Assembly (NCBI GenBank): GCA_045863855.1
Contig: BTVV01000148.1
Coordinates: 1-13,817 of the forward strand
Direction: 5' to 3'
Length of the DNA stretch: 13,817 bases
Source of the DNA: Planctomycetota bacterium
GTDB taxonomy: Bacteria; Planctomycetota; SZUA-567; H5-PLA8
Both the position numbers and the translations under genes were made by a program. A model generated the notes under the pieces. It saw only the letters and a list, made by a program, of their open reading frames with translations, did not search any database and was not told the DNA's origin. The stretch's first letter is position 1, and every line of letters begins with the position of its first letter. Shown piece by piece: positions 1-8,261 of the stretch.

Positions 1-2
1 CC

Positions 3-1889
3 AGCGCCTTGGGCCCCGTCTACAGCCCCAGCCACCTCGTCTCGGTCGATCGCCCAGATCCCAAGAGCGCTACGATCAAGTTCAAGGAAGACTTTCTCGC
101 CAGCGACCGCGATTTCCGGCTCTACTACGCGCCCACCGCCGACGACGTTGCGCTGCGCATCCTCACCCACCGCCCCAAGGCCGAAGAAGACGGTTACTTC
201 ATGCTTCTCGTCCGCCCCGGCGAACAGCTCGACACCAGCAAAGTCCTGCCCAAGGAGATCGTCTTCGTTCTCGATACTTCGGGCAGCATGGCCGGCGAAA
301 AAATGGAGCAGGCCAAGGCCGCGCTCAGCTTCTGCCTCAACCAGCTAAATCCGCGCGACCGCTTTAACCTCGTGCCCTTCAGCACCGAAGTGAAGAGCTT
401 CAACCCCAAGCTGATTGAAGCCACCAAAGAGAACGTCCAGAAAGCCCTGGCTTACGTCGATGCGCTCGAAGCCACCGGCGGCACCAACATCGACGACGCG
501 CTGCGCACCGCGCTCGAAAACGATTTCACCGCCGGACCCGCCAACGCCAAACTCGTCATCTTCCTCACCGACGGCAAGCCCAGCGTCGGGATCACCGACA
601 TCAAGAGCATCCTGAAGGACGTCGAGAACTCCAACGGCAAGCCCCAGGCCCGCGTCTTCGCCTTTGGCGTCGGCACCGACGTCAACACCCACCTGCTCGA
701 CCGCCTCGTCATGGACGCCGCTGGCACGTGCAGCTACGTCGCGCCGAAGGAGGATTTGGAACTGAAGGTCAGCGACTTCTACGCCAAGATCAAGAACCCC
801 GTCATGACCGACCTCGCCCTCGATCTCGGGCCCTCCGCGCGCGTCCACAGCCTCTATCCGAAGAAGCTCCCCGCGCTCTTCAAGGGCAACGAACTGCTTG
901 TCTTCGGGCGCTACAAGGGCACGGGCAGCGGCGACGCGGTTCTCACCGGCAACGTCGCCGGCGAGAAGCGCGAAATCCGCCTCCCGGTGGTCTGGGCCGA
1001 AGCCGACCGCGGCAACGACTTCCTGCCCCGCGTCTGGGCCATGCGCAAAATCGGACATCTGCTCGAGGAACTCCGCCTCGCCGGGCCGAACCAGGAACTG
1101 ATCGACGAAGTCGTCGCCCTCGCCCAGCAGCATGGGATTGTCACGCCGTACACCAGCCAGCTCGTCCTCGAACCCGGCATGGACCCCAACGCGATCCGCG
1201 ACGGACGCTGGCGCGGGCGGCTGACCGAAGAGACCGCCGCCCTCGCACCCGGCGCCCCGGTGGCCACCAGCCGCGAACTCCTCGAAGGCGCCAACGCCAA
1301 TCGCGCGGAACTGCGCAAGGAGGCCGAACAGCGCGCGGGACAGGCCGTGGCGGCCAAGAGCGGCGATTTGGCCGTCTCTCTCGCCGAAGCCGAGAAGCAG
1401 CTTAAGGACGCGCAGGGCGATGCCGGATTCGCCGCGCGCGCGCCCAAGCCCGCGGAAGCCGGCGAAGCGCGCGACGACAAATCCGTCGAGCGGCGCTTCA
1501 AGAGCGACACCGCCGCGCGCGAACTGAAGGCTCAAGCGTACGCCGCCGACCGCTTGGCGCAGCAGGGCGGCGGAGCGGGCGGGAAGGTTCTGGCCCTTAA
1601 CGGCGACGAGGCCAAGGAACTCCAGGACTACGTCGAAGCCAGCGCAGAGATGACCATCAAGCAGGCCGCCGGCCGCGCCTTCTACCTGCGCCAGAATGTC
1701 TGGGTCGACGGCTCCATGAAGCTCAAGGAAGGCGAAGAACCGGTCAAGCTCGAGGCCTTCGGCAAGGACTACTTCGAATTGCTCAAGAAGCACCCCGAAC
1801 TCGGCGCGGTCTTTGCGCTGGGCGACGACGTGCTCGTCTCCGTCGGCGGCAAGGCCTACCGCGTCACCGCCCCGGCCGAGAAGAAGTAG
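3..1889 (+). CDS. VWA-domain protein of the VIT-VWA / inter-alpha-trypsin inhibitor heavy chain-like bacterial family; 5' truncated by the window edge
   Basis: The frame is open from the window edge. It has the MIDAS motif FVLDTSGSM plus ATGGTNIDDAL, IFLTDGKP and FAFGVGTDVNTHLL. The family-typical PRVWAMRKIGHLL, GIVTPYTSQLV and C-terminal GRAFYLRQNVWVD segments are present. GC3 bias is strong in this frame. Confidence 0.92.
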   Translation, partial: SALGPVYSPSHLVSVDRPDPKSATIKFKEDFLASDRDFRLYYAPTADDVALRILTHRPKAEEDGYFMLLVRPGEQLDTSKVLPKEIVFVLDTSGSMAGEKMEQAKAALSFCLNQLNPRDRFNLVPFSTEVKSFNPKLIEATKENVQKALAYVDALEATGGTNIDDALRTALENDFTAGPANAKLVIFLTDGKPSVGITDIKSILKDVENSNGKPQARVFAFGVGTDVNTHLLDRLVMDAAGTCSYVAPKEDLELKVSDFYAKIKNPVMTDLALDLGPSARVHSLYPKKLPALFKGNELLVFGRYKGTGSGDAVLTGNVAGEKREIRLPVVWAEADRGNDFLPRVWAMRKIGHLLEELRLAGPNQELIDEVVALAQQHGIVTPYTSQLVLEPGMDPNAIRDGRWRGRLTEETAALAPGAPVATSRELLEGANANRAELRKEAEQRAGQAVAAKSGDLAVSLAEAEKQLKDAQGDAGFAARAPKPAEAGEARDDKSVERRFKSDTAARELKAQAYAADRLAQQGGGAGGKVLALNGDEAKELQDYVEASAEMTIKQAAGRAFYLRQNVWVDGSMKLKEGEEPVKLEAFGKDYFELLKKHPELGAVFALGDDVLVSVGGKAYRVTAPAEKK

Positions 1890-1965
1890 CCTCGACGGCG
1901 GCAGTCCTATGAACGATTCGCGCGCCTCCGCATGCCGGAGGCGCGCGCACGAAAGGCGGCAAACG

Positions 1966-2808
1966 GTGCGGCGGTTGTTGCTGGCGGTCTTCCTGGCCTG
2001 CGCGGCTTCCTTGGCCGGCGCCGAAAACCGTCCTCCGAACGTGGACGAAGCGGACGTGCGCGCGGCGATCCGCGACGTCGCGAGCCCCGACTTCGAGGTC
2101 CGGGAAACCGCCGCCAAGAAGCTCAGCGCTTGGGGATCGGACGCCGTGCCGCAGCTCTTCGCGGCCTTGGAGCAGAAGCCCGATCCCGAACTCGTGGCGC
2201 GCTTCGGCAGCGTGAAGACCGTATACGCGTCTTGCGTGCAGCCCGTGAACGGCTTGAGCCTCAGCCTGAAGGCGGACCGCGCGCGCGTCGAGGCCGGAGC
2301 GCTCTTCGAGGTCACGCTCGTCCTGCGGAACGAAACCGACCAGCCCCTGGCCGTCTTCCTGGGTATGGAGGCCCGTCTGCCTCACCCTCACCGCAAAATG
2401 CTCCGCGCCGTCCGCTGGCCGCTCGGACGGGGGCCGGAGCTCGTCGGCGCGGGCTTGCCCGATCCGGTTCCCAACCGCGTCCAGCCTCCGGCTCCGCCGG
2501 CGCCGGTCTTCGTGACCCTTGCCGCCCGCGAAGAACGCGCCCTCCCCGCCAAAGGGACGGTCTGGTTCCGGGGCAGCGAGGCCGCCAAGGCGGCCTTCGA
2601 AGCGCCCGCAGATACCAAGGGAGCCTTCCAATTCCTGGCCGATGCCGCGGGCCGGCTGGAACTCCAGGCCGTTCTCGCCCTGAAGCAGGAGACCTTCGCG
2701 GCCTGGAAGTCCTATGCGGTCGTCAAGCAACTGGCCGCGCCGGTCTGGCTGGGCGACCTGCGCAGTGAAAGACTCGTTCTCGAAATCGTCCAGCCGGCCG
2801 CCAAATAG
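1966..2808 (+). CDS. Putative secreted protein with an N-terminal HEAT-like helical hairpin and a C-terminal Ig-like beta-sandwich (280 aa; alternative ATG start at 1909)
   Basis: GTG at 1966 follows GAAAGG and gives a Sec-like signal peptide MRRLLLAVFLACAASLAGA. The HEAT-like segment is IRDVASPDFEVRETAAKKLSAWGSDAVPQL. VNGLSLSLKADR..FEVTLVLRNETDQPL shows a beta-strand pattern. It is probably co-transcribed with the VWA gene. Confidence 0.72.
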   Translation: MRRLLLAVFLACAASLAGAENRPPNVDEADVRAAIRDVASPDFEVRETAAKKLSAWGSDAVPQLFAALEQKPDPELVARFGSVKTVYASCVQPVNGLSLSLKADRARVEAGALFEVTLVLRNETDQPLAVFLGMEARLPHPHRKMLRAVRWPLGRGPELVGAGLPDPVPNRVQPPAPPAPVFVTLAAREERALPAKGTVWFRGSEAAKAAFEAPADTKGAFQFLADAAGRLELQAVLALKQETFAAWKSYAVVKQLAAPVWLGDLRSERLVLEIVQPAAK

Positions 2809-2910
2809 TTTCGACCTACGCGGCTTTGACCTCGATCCGCGCTACATGCGCCCGCCCGAACCACGGCCCGCGTTACCCTTTCCGCTCCCGGCCGCGCGAA
2901 GCGCGCTCTA

Positions 2911-3009
2911 GCTCTGTCCCGAAACGCTTCGAAGGCGGATGCGCCGCGCGGACCAAGCTCTGCGCAGGTCCTCGCAAGCAGACGCCGAAGAAGGGTTTCG
3001 GGACAGAGC
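2911..3009. mobile_element. 99-bp MITE-like element / long inverted repeat
   Basis: Terminal inverted repeats GCTCTGTCCCGAAACGCTTC (2911-2930) and GAAGGGTTTCGGGACAGAGC (2990-3009) are 19/20 complementary. CTA flanks both ends directly (2908-2910, 3010-3012). The interior is also partly self-complementary. Confidence 0.6.
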
Positions 3010-3086
3010 CTAAAACAAACGGAACAAACACGAACCCGCCAAGCGCTTGCTTTCATACTCTGCGCGCGTCCGCGACGATCCGGAGC

Positions 3087-5672
3087 CTACTTCGTCAGCG
3101 TCCACCAATGCACGCCCGCCGCCGCGGGCAGTTCGATCCGGTACGCGCCGTCTTCCCGTGCCAGCGGAAGGGCTGCTCCGGGCTTTCCGTCCGGGCCGCA
3201 CGGGACGAGCTGCAAGCCTTCGACCTCCGACGCGAAGCGCAACGTCGCGCGCACCGGTTCGCTGTGGAAGCGGTTGACGTTTCCTTCTGTGATCGGGCGC
3301 ACGCGAGCCACCGCCGTCAGCAGCACGCGCGTCGACTTTGAGAGCGGTTCCGCCGTCAGGCTGTTCAGCGCGATCAGCGCCTTCGGCGTCCGCGATTCGG
3401 CGCTCAACGGCCCCGCGGTCAGTTTACCGGCTTCGCCCAGCCAGCCTTGTAAGGCCACCCCGCCCGGCGTGACCACCGTCTGCACGCCGCGCTTCAATTC
3501 GCGCTTCAACTCGCCGGTGTCCGAGACGATCTCGGCGGCTTCGGCCCCCAGGTAGCTCTTGTGCGGATCGTCGATCGTCTCGACGCCTTCGGCCGGCGTG
3601 CTGGCCTTCACCCAAGGCAGCTCTGGGATCGCCTCGAGGCCGATCGTGACCCGGTGCGTCTCCATCAGCGTGCGCACTGCGCGCGACTGTTCGCCGGACA
3701 GCTTTTTATCCAGCGCCGTCTCGCGCTTGGCTCGGAGCATCACCGTTTGCTTGGCTTGCCGGACGTCGCGGCGAAAAAAGAGCGCCGCGGCGGGCATCGC
3801 CGCCGTCACCCCCGGATCGCCGTAGCTCGACCAGTTGTCGATCCCGCGCGCCCCCGTGCCGAAGATATCCTGGCTGTACCCGTACAGCATCGGCGCGTCC
3901 CAGCCTTGCAGCGCCCCCACCGCCGCCCAGTACACCGGCATCGTGAAGCGGTCGCGGCCGGGGTAATGCCCGATGTTGTATTCCGTGATCGCGAACGGTT
4001 TGCCGTAAAGCTGAGCGCCGGCGGCGGTATGGAGAAAGTTCGAGCCCGTCCGCGGATCGGCGGACAGCGCTTCGTCCCCGCCGTAGCTGTGGCAATCCAC
4101 GATCCCGCCCCGCGCCAGCGAGTACAGCGCGCCCATCCCCATCCCGCCCCAGACGTGCCCCGCCGCCACCGGCGGCTTGATTCCGAAGCCTTCCAGATGC
4201 CCCAGCATCGTCTCGAAGAATTGATGCTCTTTATCGAGCAGGAAAAGCTTCGCGGGACCGTCGATCCACGTCTTCCACGTCTCGTCCGGAGGCAATCCCG
4301 TCCGCGCGCAGAACGCGCTGACTTCGGCCTGGAACATCTTCGTGTGCTCCGGCACGCCCTTGTCCGGGAGCAGCGCGTTGCCGAAGTGGTACACCAGATC
4401 GTTCTCGTTGGTCAGCAGCAGCCCCATCACCGCGGGCTCGTCCTTCAGCGCCAGGCCCGTATGCGGATTTACCGCGCCGAGGTATTTCTCCGCGAATTCG
4501 CGCATCAATTCGGCAATCCGGGGATTGTAGTAACAATATCCCTTCCCTTCGCTCACTCCGTTCTTGCCCTTCCGAGCCAGCTCGTCGAAGTTCGGAATCT
4601 CGTCCCCGGCCTTGAACGGACGCCCCACGTGTACGTCGATCCAGACGTATACGCCCTCGTCCTTCAGGCATTTCACGAACCAATGCAAGTTATCCAGCGC
4701 CTGAGCGTCCAGATCGCGGCTGTGCGGCTTCTCCAGATCGATCAGGCACGGCTTCACCCACGTCCCGCTGTCGTGATGGTGCAGCCGGATCAGGTTGAAG
4801 CCCAGCTTCGCGATGCGCTCCGCCTGCTTTTTCAGCGCGTCTTTGCTCGATCGGAAGAGCGCATACGCCTGTACGTTCGCGCCCCAGAATTTCACCGGCG
4901 TCCCGTCCGCGAAGACCAGCCGTTCGCCGTCCGCTTTCACGAAGCCGTGCTTGCCCGCCGGCGCATCGTTGAGAAACCGCAGGTCCACCGGGCTTTCGTC
5001 CGGGTGCAAGGCATCCAGCGGCCATTGCTCCAGCGGTTCCGGCCCGTAGCGCTCGTCCAGCGAAGCGACCACCTCCCCGCCTTCCGGCAGCGTCACCGTC
5101 ATCGTGAACGGAATCTGCCCTGCCGCGACCTTCTCCGCGAAGAAGAACGTACGGATCGTGTCTTTGCGTCCCTTCTCGAAGAAAATCGAACCTACCGGCG
5201 GATCGAACGTCACTTCCAGCGCCTGCCCTTTCACCGCCTCCCAGCGCCAACCCTTCCCGCCTTCCAGCAGCACCGGCTCCGGCGGCGCTTGTTCGAAAGC
5301 ATCCGGACCCAGCTTCAGCGCGAACTCCAGCCCGCCGCCGATTACGTCGGCCTTCGCTTCTGCGGCGGTCCAGTCGTAACGGTAGATCAGTTGCCGCTCG
5401 CTGGCGCGTTTGATCGTCCCGTTCAGCGTCAGGCCCAGGCCGGGCACCGCACCGCCCAACGTGTAACCGCCGTCCCCGTCGCTCTGGGCGCCCACTTTCG
5501 GAGCGGCGAATTTCCAGTTCGCCGCCCAGAAGACGTACTTCGCGCCGGCCACGCGCGAGCCGCGGTAGCCGACCGCAAGCGTCCCCTCCGACGTGGCCTG
5601 CAATTCCCAATCGGCCGCGTGAGCGCTGAAAGCGCACAGCAGCGCGCACAAGATCGGCATCGTCAATCGCAT
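3087..5672 (-). CDS. Secreted clan GH-A (GH5-like) glycoside hydrolase with extra N- and C-terminal domains (861 aa)
   Basis: GGAG lies 7 nt before ATG 5672, followed by signal peptide MRLTMPILCALLCAFSAHAA. Motifs are FADGTPVKFWGAN, LGFNLIRLHH, GVYVWIDVH, LLTNEN (putative acid/base Glu), VDCHSY and GKPFAITEYN (putative nucleophile Glu). Confidence 0.85.
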   Translation of the reverse strand: MRLTMPILCALLCAFSAHAADWELQATSEGTLAVGYRGSRVAGAKYVFWAANWKFAAPKVGAQSDGDGGYTLGGAVPGLGLTLNGTIKRASERQLIYRYDWTAAEAKADVIGGGLEFALKLGPDAFEQAPPEPVLLEGGKGWRWEAVKGQALEVTFDPPVGSIFFEKGRKDTIRTFFFAEKVAAGQIPFTMTVTLPEGGEVVASLDERYGPEPLEQWPLDALHPDESPVDLRFLNDAPAGKHGFVKADGERLVFADGTPVKFWGANVQAYALFRSSKDALKKQAERIAKLGFNLIRLHHHDSGTWVKPCLIDLEKPHSRDLDAQALDNLHWFVKCLKDEGVYVWIDVHVGRPFKAGDEIPNFDELARKGKNGVSEGKGYCYYNPRIAELMREFAEKYLGAVNPHTGLALKDEPAVMGLLLTNENDLVYHFGNALLPDKGVPEHTKMFQAEVSAFCARTGLPPDETWKTWIDGPAKLFLLDKEHQFFETMLGHLEGFGIKPPVAAGHVWGGMGMGALYSLARGGIVDCHSYGGDEALSADPRTGSNFLHTAAGAQLYGKPFAITEYNIGHYPGRDRFTMPVYWAAVGALQGWDAPMLYGYSQDIFGTGARGIDNWSSYGDPGVTAAMPAAALFFRRDVRQAKQTVMLRAKRETALDKKLSGEQSRAVRTLMETHRVTIGLEAIPELPWVKASTPAEGVETIDDPHKSYLGAEAAEIVSDTGELKRELKRGVQTVVTPGGVALQGWLGEAGKLTAGPLSAESRTPKALIALNSLTAEPLSKSTRVLLTAVARVRPITEGNVNRFHSEPVRATLRFASEVEGLQLVPCGPDGKPGAALPLAREDGAYRIELPAAAGVHWWTLTK

Positions 5673-5856
5673 CGTGAGGCTCCGGGTCGAACGCATTACC
5701 ATATATAGCGCATACACGGCCCGCACCGGATAAGCGGCGTAAGCAGCGGAAAACGAAAGCCCCTAACCGGCGGCATCGAACCGGTTTAGCTCCCGGTGCG
5801 CTCCGCGGCGAAAAGCCGCCCTCATTCAGGCGCGGAAACTAACGGCAAATCGAGCG

Positions 5857-6489
5857 TTACTTCGGGATAGCGACCTCGCTCAAGCTCTCGAAATAATACT
5901 GAAACTTCAGCCGCGGCGTCCCGGGCATCACGCCGATATGCAGCTTCAGCCGCACCGGACCCTCGAACTTCATGCCCTCGTCGTTCACGAACGCGCCGTC
6001 TTGAAAAATATCGAGATCGTGGATTACGCAGAGGTGGTCCTCGTCTTCGGACGCCGACTCCGAGTCGAAATCGGTCTTCTTGTCCGGATGAACCAGCAGC
6101 AACTCTCCGGGCTCCCAGTGCCGGAACGCACCTTGCCTTTCGGCCGGCGTCACCGTGGCCTCCAGGTGATACCACGCGCGCTTCGCGAAATCGGTTTTGC
6201 GTTCGTCGTCGCTCTCGTCCGCTTCGCCGTCCGCATCCCCGGGCTTGGCCAGCTCCGGCGCGCTCGCCGGCACGATCCCGTGCACCACCACCGACGCGCC
6301 TTTCAGGACCGCGCTCTTCATTTTGAACGGCGCCGTGAACAGACGCACGAGCAGCCATTTGATAAACCAGATCCCGAAGACGATCCCGCCGAGGACCAGC
6401 AGCACGCCGCCCCACCACGGCAGCATTTTGATCAGATAAATGAGCCCCGCCAGCAGTCCGATTAATACCAGCAACACCAGCAGTTTCAT
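5857..6489 (-). CDS. Hypothetical membrane protein with two N-terminal TM helices and an acidic soluble beta-rich domain (210 aa)
   Basis: ATG 6489 has upstream AGGAG/GGAG. Hydrophobic segments are MKLLVLLVLIGLLAGLIYLI and WWGGVLLVLGGIVFGIWFI. Codon bias fits coding. No recognisable family motif. Confidence 0.75.
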   Translation of the reverse strand: MKLLVLLVLIGLLAGLIYLIKMLPWWGGVLLVLGGIVFGIWFIKWLLVRLFTAPFKMKSAVLKGASVVVHGIVPASAPELAKPGDADGEADESDDERKTDFAKRAWYHLEATVTPAERQGAFRHWEPGELLLVHPDKKTDFDSESASEDEDHLCVIHDLDIFQDGAFVNDEGMKFEGPVRLKLHIGVMPGTPRLKFQYYFESLSEVAIPK

Positions 6490-6590
6490 GATGCGTTTCT
6501 CCGCGCTCCTTTGAATAACGCCCGATTCCCGAAACCTTTTAACGCGCGCCGCCGCGTCCGCCAACCGGATTCCCCTTCCGCCGCGCGCTA

Positions 6591-6618
6591 TGGACGTTTC
6601 GAGCTTCCTTTATATGCT
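6591..6618 (+). promoter_or_regulatory. Possible sigma70-type promoter of the MscS gene
   Basis: TGGACG (6591-6596) - 16 nt - TATGCT (6613-6618), in the divergent intergenic region and 8 nt before ATG 6627. Confidence 0.35.
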
Positions 6619-6626
6619 GCATCCAC

Positions 6627-8153
6627 ATGATCGATTACACGTTGAACGCTTTACACGACGGCGCCGGGCTGGTGCTGCTCAGTTTCGTGTTGCTGGGCGG
6701 ATTGCTGTACCGCGGGCTTCCGCATCGGGACGACCGCCGCGCGCTCACCCTGGCTTCCGGCTTCTTCGCGCTCACCTTCCTCGCGCTCATCGCCGGCTTC
6801 GTGCTCCGGCCCGCCGGACAAACCGGCCCCGATCCCCGCCTTGTGTACGCCTGCGTCTTCGTCGAAGGCCTCTGCCTCCTCACCCTCGTGATCCTGGCCT
6901 TTTTCCGCGCGCTCCTCCCCGCCTTGAATTTTCATCCGCCCAAGATTCTGCAGGACCTGGCCACCGCCGCGCTCTGGGCCGTCTGGGCGCTCGTGCTCCT
7001 CAACATCGCCGGCGCCAGTCTTACGGGGCTCATCACCACCAGCGCCGTCTTGACCGCGGTGATCGGCTTCGCGATGCAGGATACCCTCGGCAACGTCCTT
7101 GGCGGACTCGCCATACAGCTCGACCGCAGCGTCAAAGTCGGCGAATGGATCAAGGTCGGCGACCTGAACGGGCGCGTCGTCGAGATCGGCTGGCGTCACA
7201 CCGCCATCGAAACCCGCAACTGGGAAACGGTGATCCTGCCCAACAGCCAATTGATGAAAAACAGTTTTCTCGTCCTCGGCCGCCGCCAAGGACAGCCCGA
7301 ACAGTGGCGCCGCTGGGTCTGGTTCAACATCGATTACCGCCACGCGCCCAGCGAAGTCATCCGCGTCGTCGAACGCGAACTGCGCCGCGCCGAGATCCCC
7401 GGCGTCGCCGCCGAGCCCGCGCCCAACTGCATCATGATGAACTTCGACGAGAGTTTCGGGCGCTATGCCGTGCGCTACTGGCTCACCGATCTTAACCGCG
7501 ACGATCCCACCGACTCGCAGATCCGCGTGCTCGTCTACCTCGCGCTTCAGCGCGCAGGCATTCCGCTCTCGATTCCCGCGCACGCGATCTTCATGACCGA
7601 GGAATCCGACGAACGCAAAGCGCGCAAGGCCGGAGAAGCACAGGCCAAACGCATCGCCGCGCTCAAAGCCGTGGACCTCTTCGCGGGCCTCAACGCCGAA
7701 GAACTTGCCGTGCTCGCCGAAAAGGTACGCCCCGCGCCGTACAGCCCCGGAACCGTACTCACCCGCCAAGGCGACGAAGCGCACTGGTTGTACATCCTCG
7801 TCGAAGGCAAGTGCGACGTGATCCTGCAGAGTCCCGACGGCGAATCGCGCCCCATCGGCACGCTCGGCCCCGGACAGTTCTTCGGCGAATGGGGGCTGCT
7901 CACCGGCGAACCGCGCCACGCCACCGTGATCGGCCGTGCCGACGGATACTGCCTGCGCCTCGACAAAGAAGCCTTCCGCTCGACGCTCCAGCAGCGCCCG
8001 GAACTCGCCGAGCAATGTTCCAAGCTCCTCGCCGCCCGCCAAAGCGCCTTTCAGAACGCCGCCAAGGAACTCGACGAAGCCGCCCGCGCCAAACTCCTCG
8101 CGCAGTCGGCTTCCGATATTCTCGACAAGATCAAAGGATTCTTCGGCGTGTAA
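6627..8153 (+). CDS. MscS-family mechanosensitive channel with a C-terminal cyclic-nucleotide-binding domain (508 aa)
   Basis: Several N-terminal TM helices precede the MscS core IGFAMQDTLGNVLGGLAIQLDRSVKVGEWIKVG...GRVVEIGWRHT...VILPNSQL. The cNMP domain includes VDLFAGL, LTRQGDEAHWLYILVEG and the phosphate-binding cassette GQFFGEWGLLTGEPRHATV. Confidence 0.93.
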   Translation: MIDYTLNALHDGAGLVLLSFVLLGGLLYRGLPHRDDRRALTLASGFFALTFLALIAGFVLRPAGQTGPDPRLVYACVFVEGLCLLTLVILAFFRALLPALNFHPPKILQDLATAALWAVWALVLLNIAGASLTGLITTSAVLTAVIGFAMQDTLGNVLGGLAIQLDRSVKVGEWIKVGDLNGRVVEIGWRHTAIETRNWETVILPNSQLMKNSFLVLGRRQGQPEQWRRWVWFNIDYRHAPSEVIRVVERELRRAEIPGVAAEPAPNCIMMNFDESFGRYAVRYWLTDLNRDDPTDSQIRVLVYLALQRAGIPLSIPAHAIFMTEESDERKARKAGEAQAKRIAALKAVDLFAGLNAEELAVLAEKVRPAPYSPGTVLTRQGDEAHWLYILVEGKCDVILQSPDGESRPIGTLGPGQFFGEWGLLTGEPRHATVIGRADGYCLRLDKEAFRSTLQQRPELAEQCSKLLAARQSAFQNAAKELDEAARAKLLAQSASDILDKIKGFFGV

Positions 8154-8186
8154 GCGGCCGGCGTATCGTAGGCTGCCCTTGCGGTA

Positions 8187-8218
8187 TCCTCTCCTAGCCA
8201 AGGAGAAGTTGGGGAGGT
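8187..8218. repeat. Degenerate REP-like stem-loop between convergent genes
   Basis: TCTCCT-AGCCA-AGGAGA hairpin (8190-8206) followed by AGTTGGGGAGGT. This resembles the CCTCCT..AGGAGGGG..GGGGAGG class of intergenic repeats in GC-rich bacteria. Only one copy is in the window. Confidence 0.35.
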
Positions 8219-8261
8219 GAACGCAAACCTTCCGCGCGAAGCGCTCTCCTTCTGAGTGCGC

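Noticed and set aside
345..2315. 656-aa minus-strand ORF
   Set aside because: It is an antisense shadow of the VWA gene and its neighbour. Strong GC3 bias removes stops on the opposite strand, and it has no motifs.
2826..3341. 171-aa + ORF crossing the MITE-like element, considered as a transposase remnant
   Set aside because: There are no DDE or HTH features, and it overlaps the GH 3' end on the opposite strand.
3561..5708. 715-aa plus-strand ORF
   Set aside because: It is antisense to the glycoside hydrolase, with the Arg/His/Val-rich composition typical of shadow frames.
5805..5819. GCGGC-GAAAA-GCCGC hairpin as an intrinsic terminator
   Set aside because: The stem is short and there is no U-tract on either strand.
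6651..8201. 516-aa minus-strand ORF and 301-aa + ORF 6590-7495
   Set aside because: Both overlap the well-supported MscS-cNMP gene and have no recognisable motifs.
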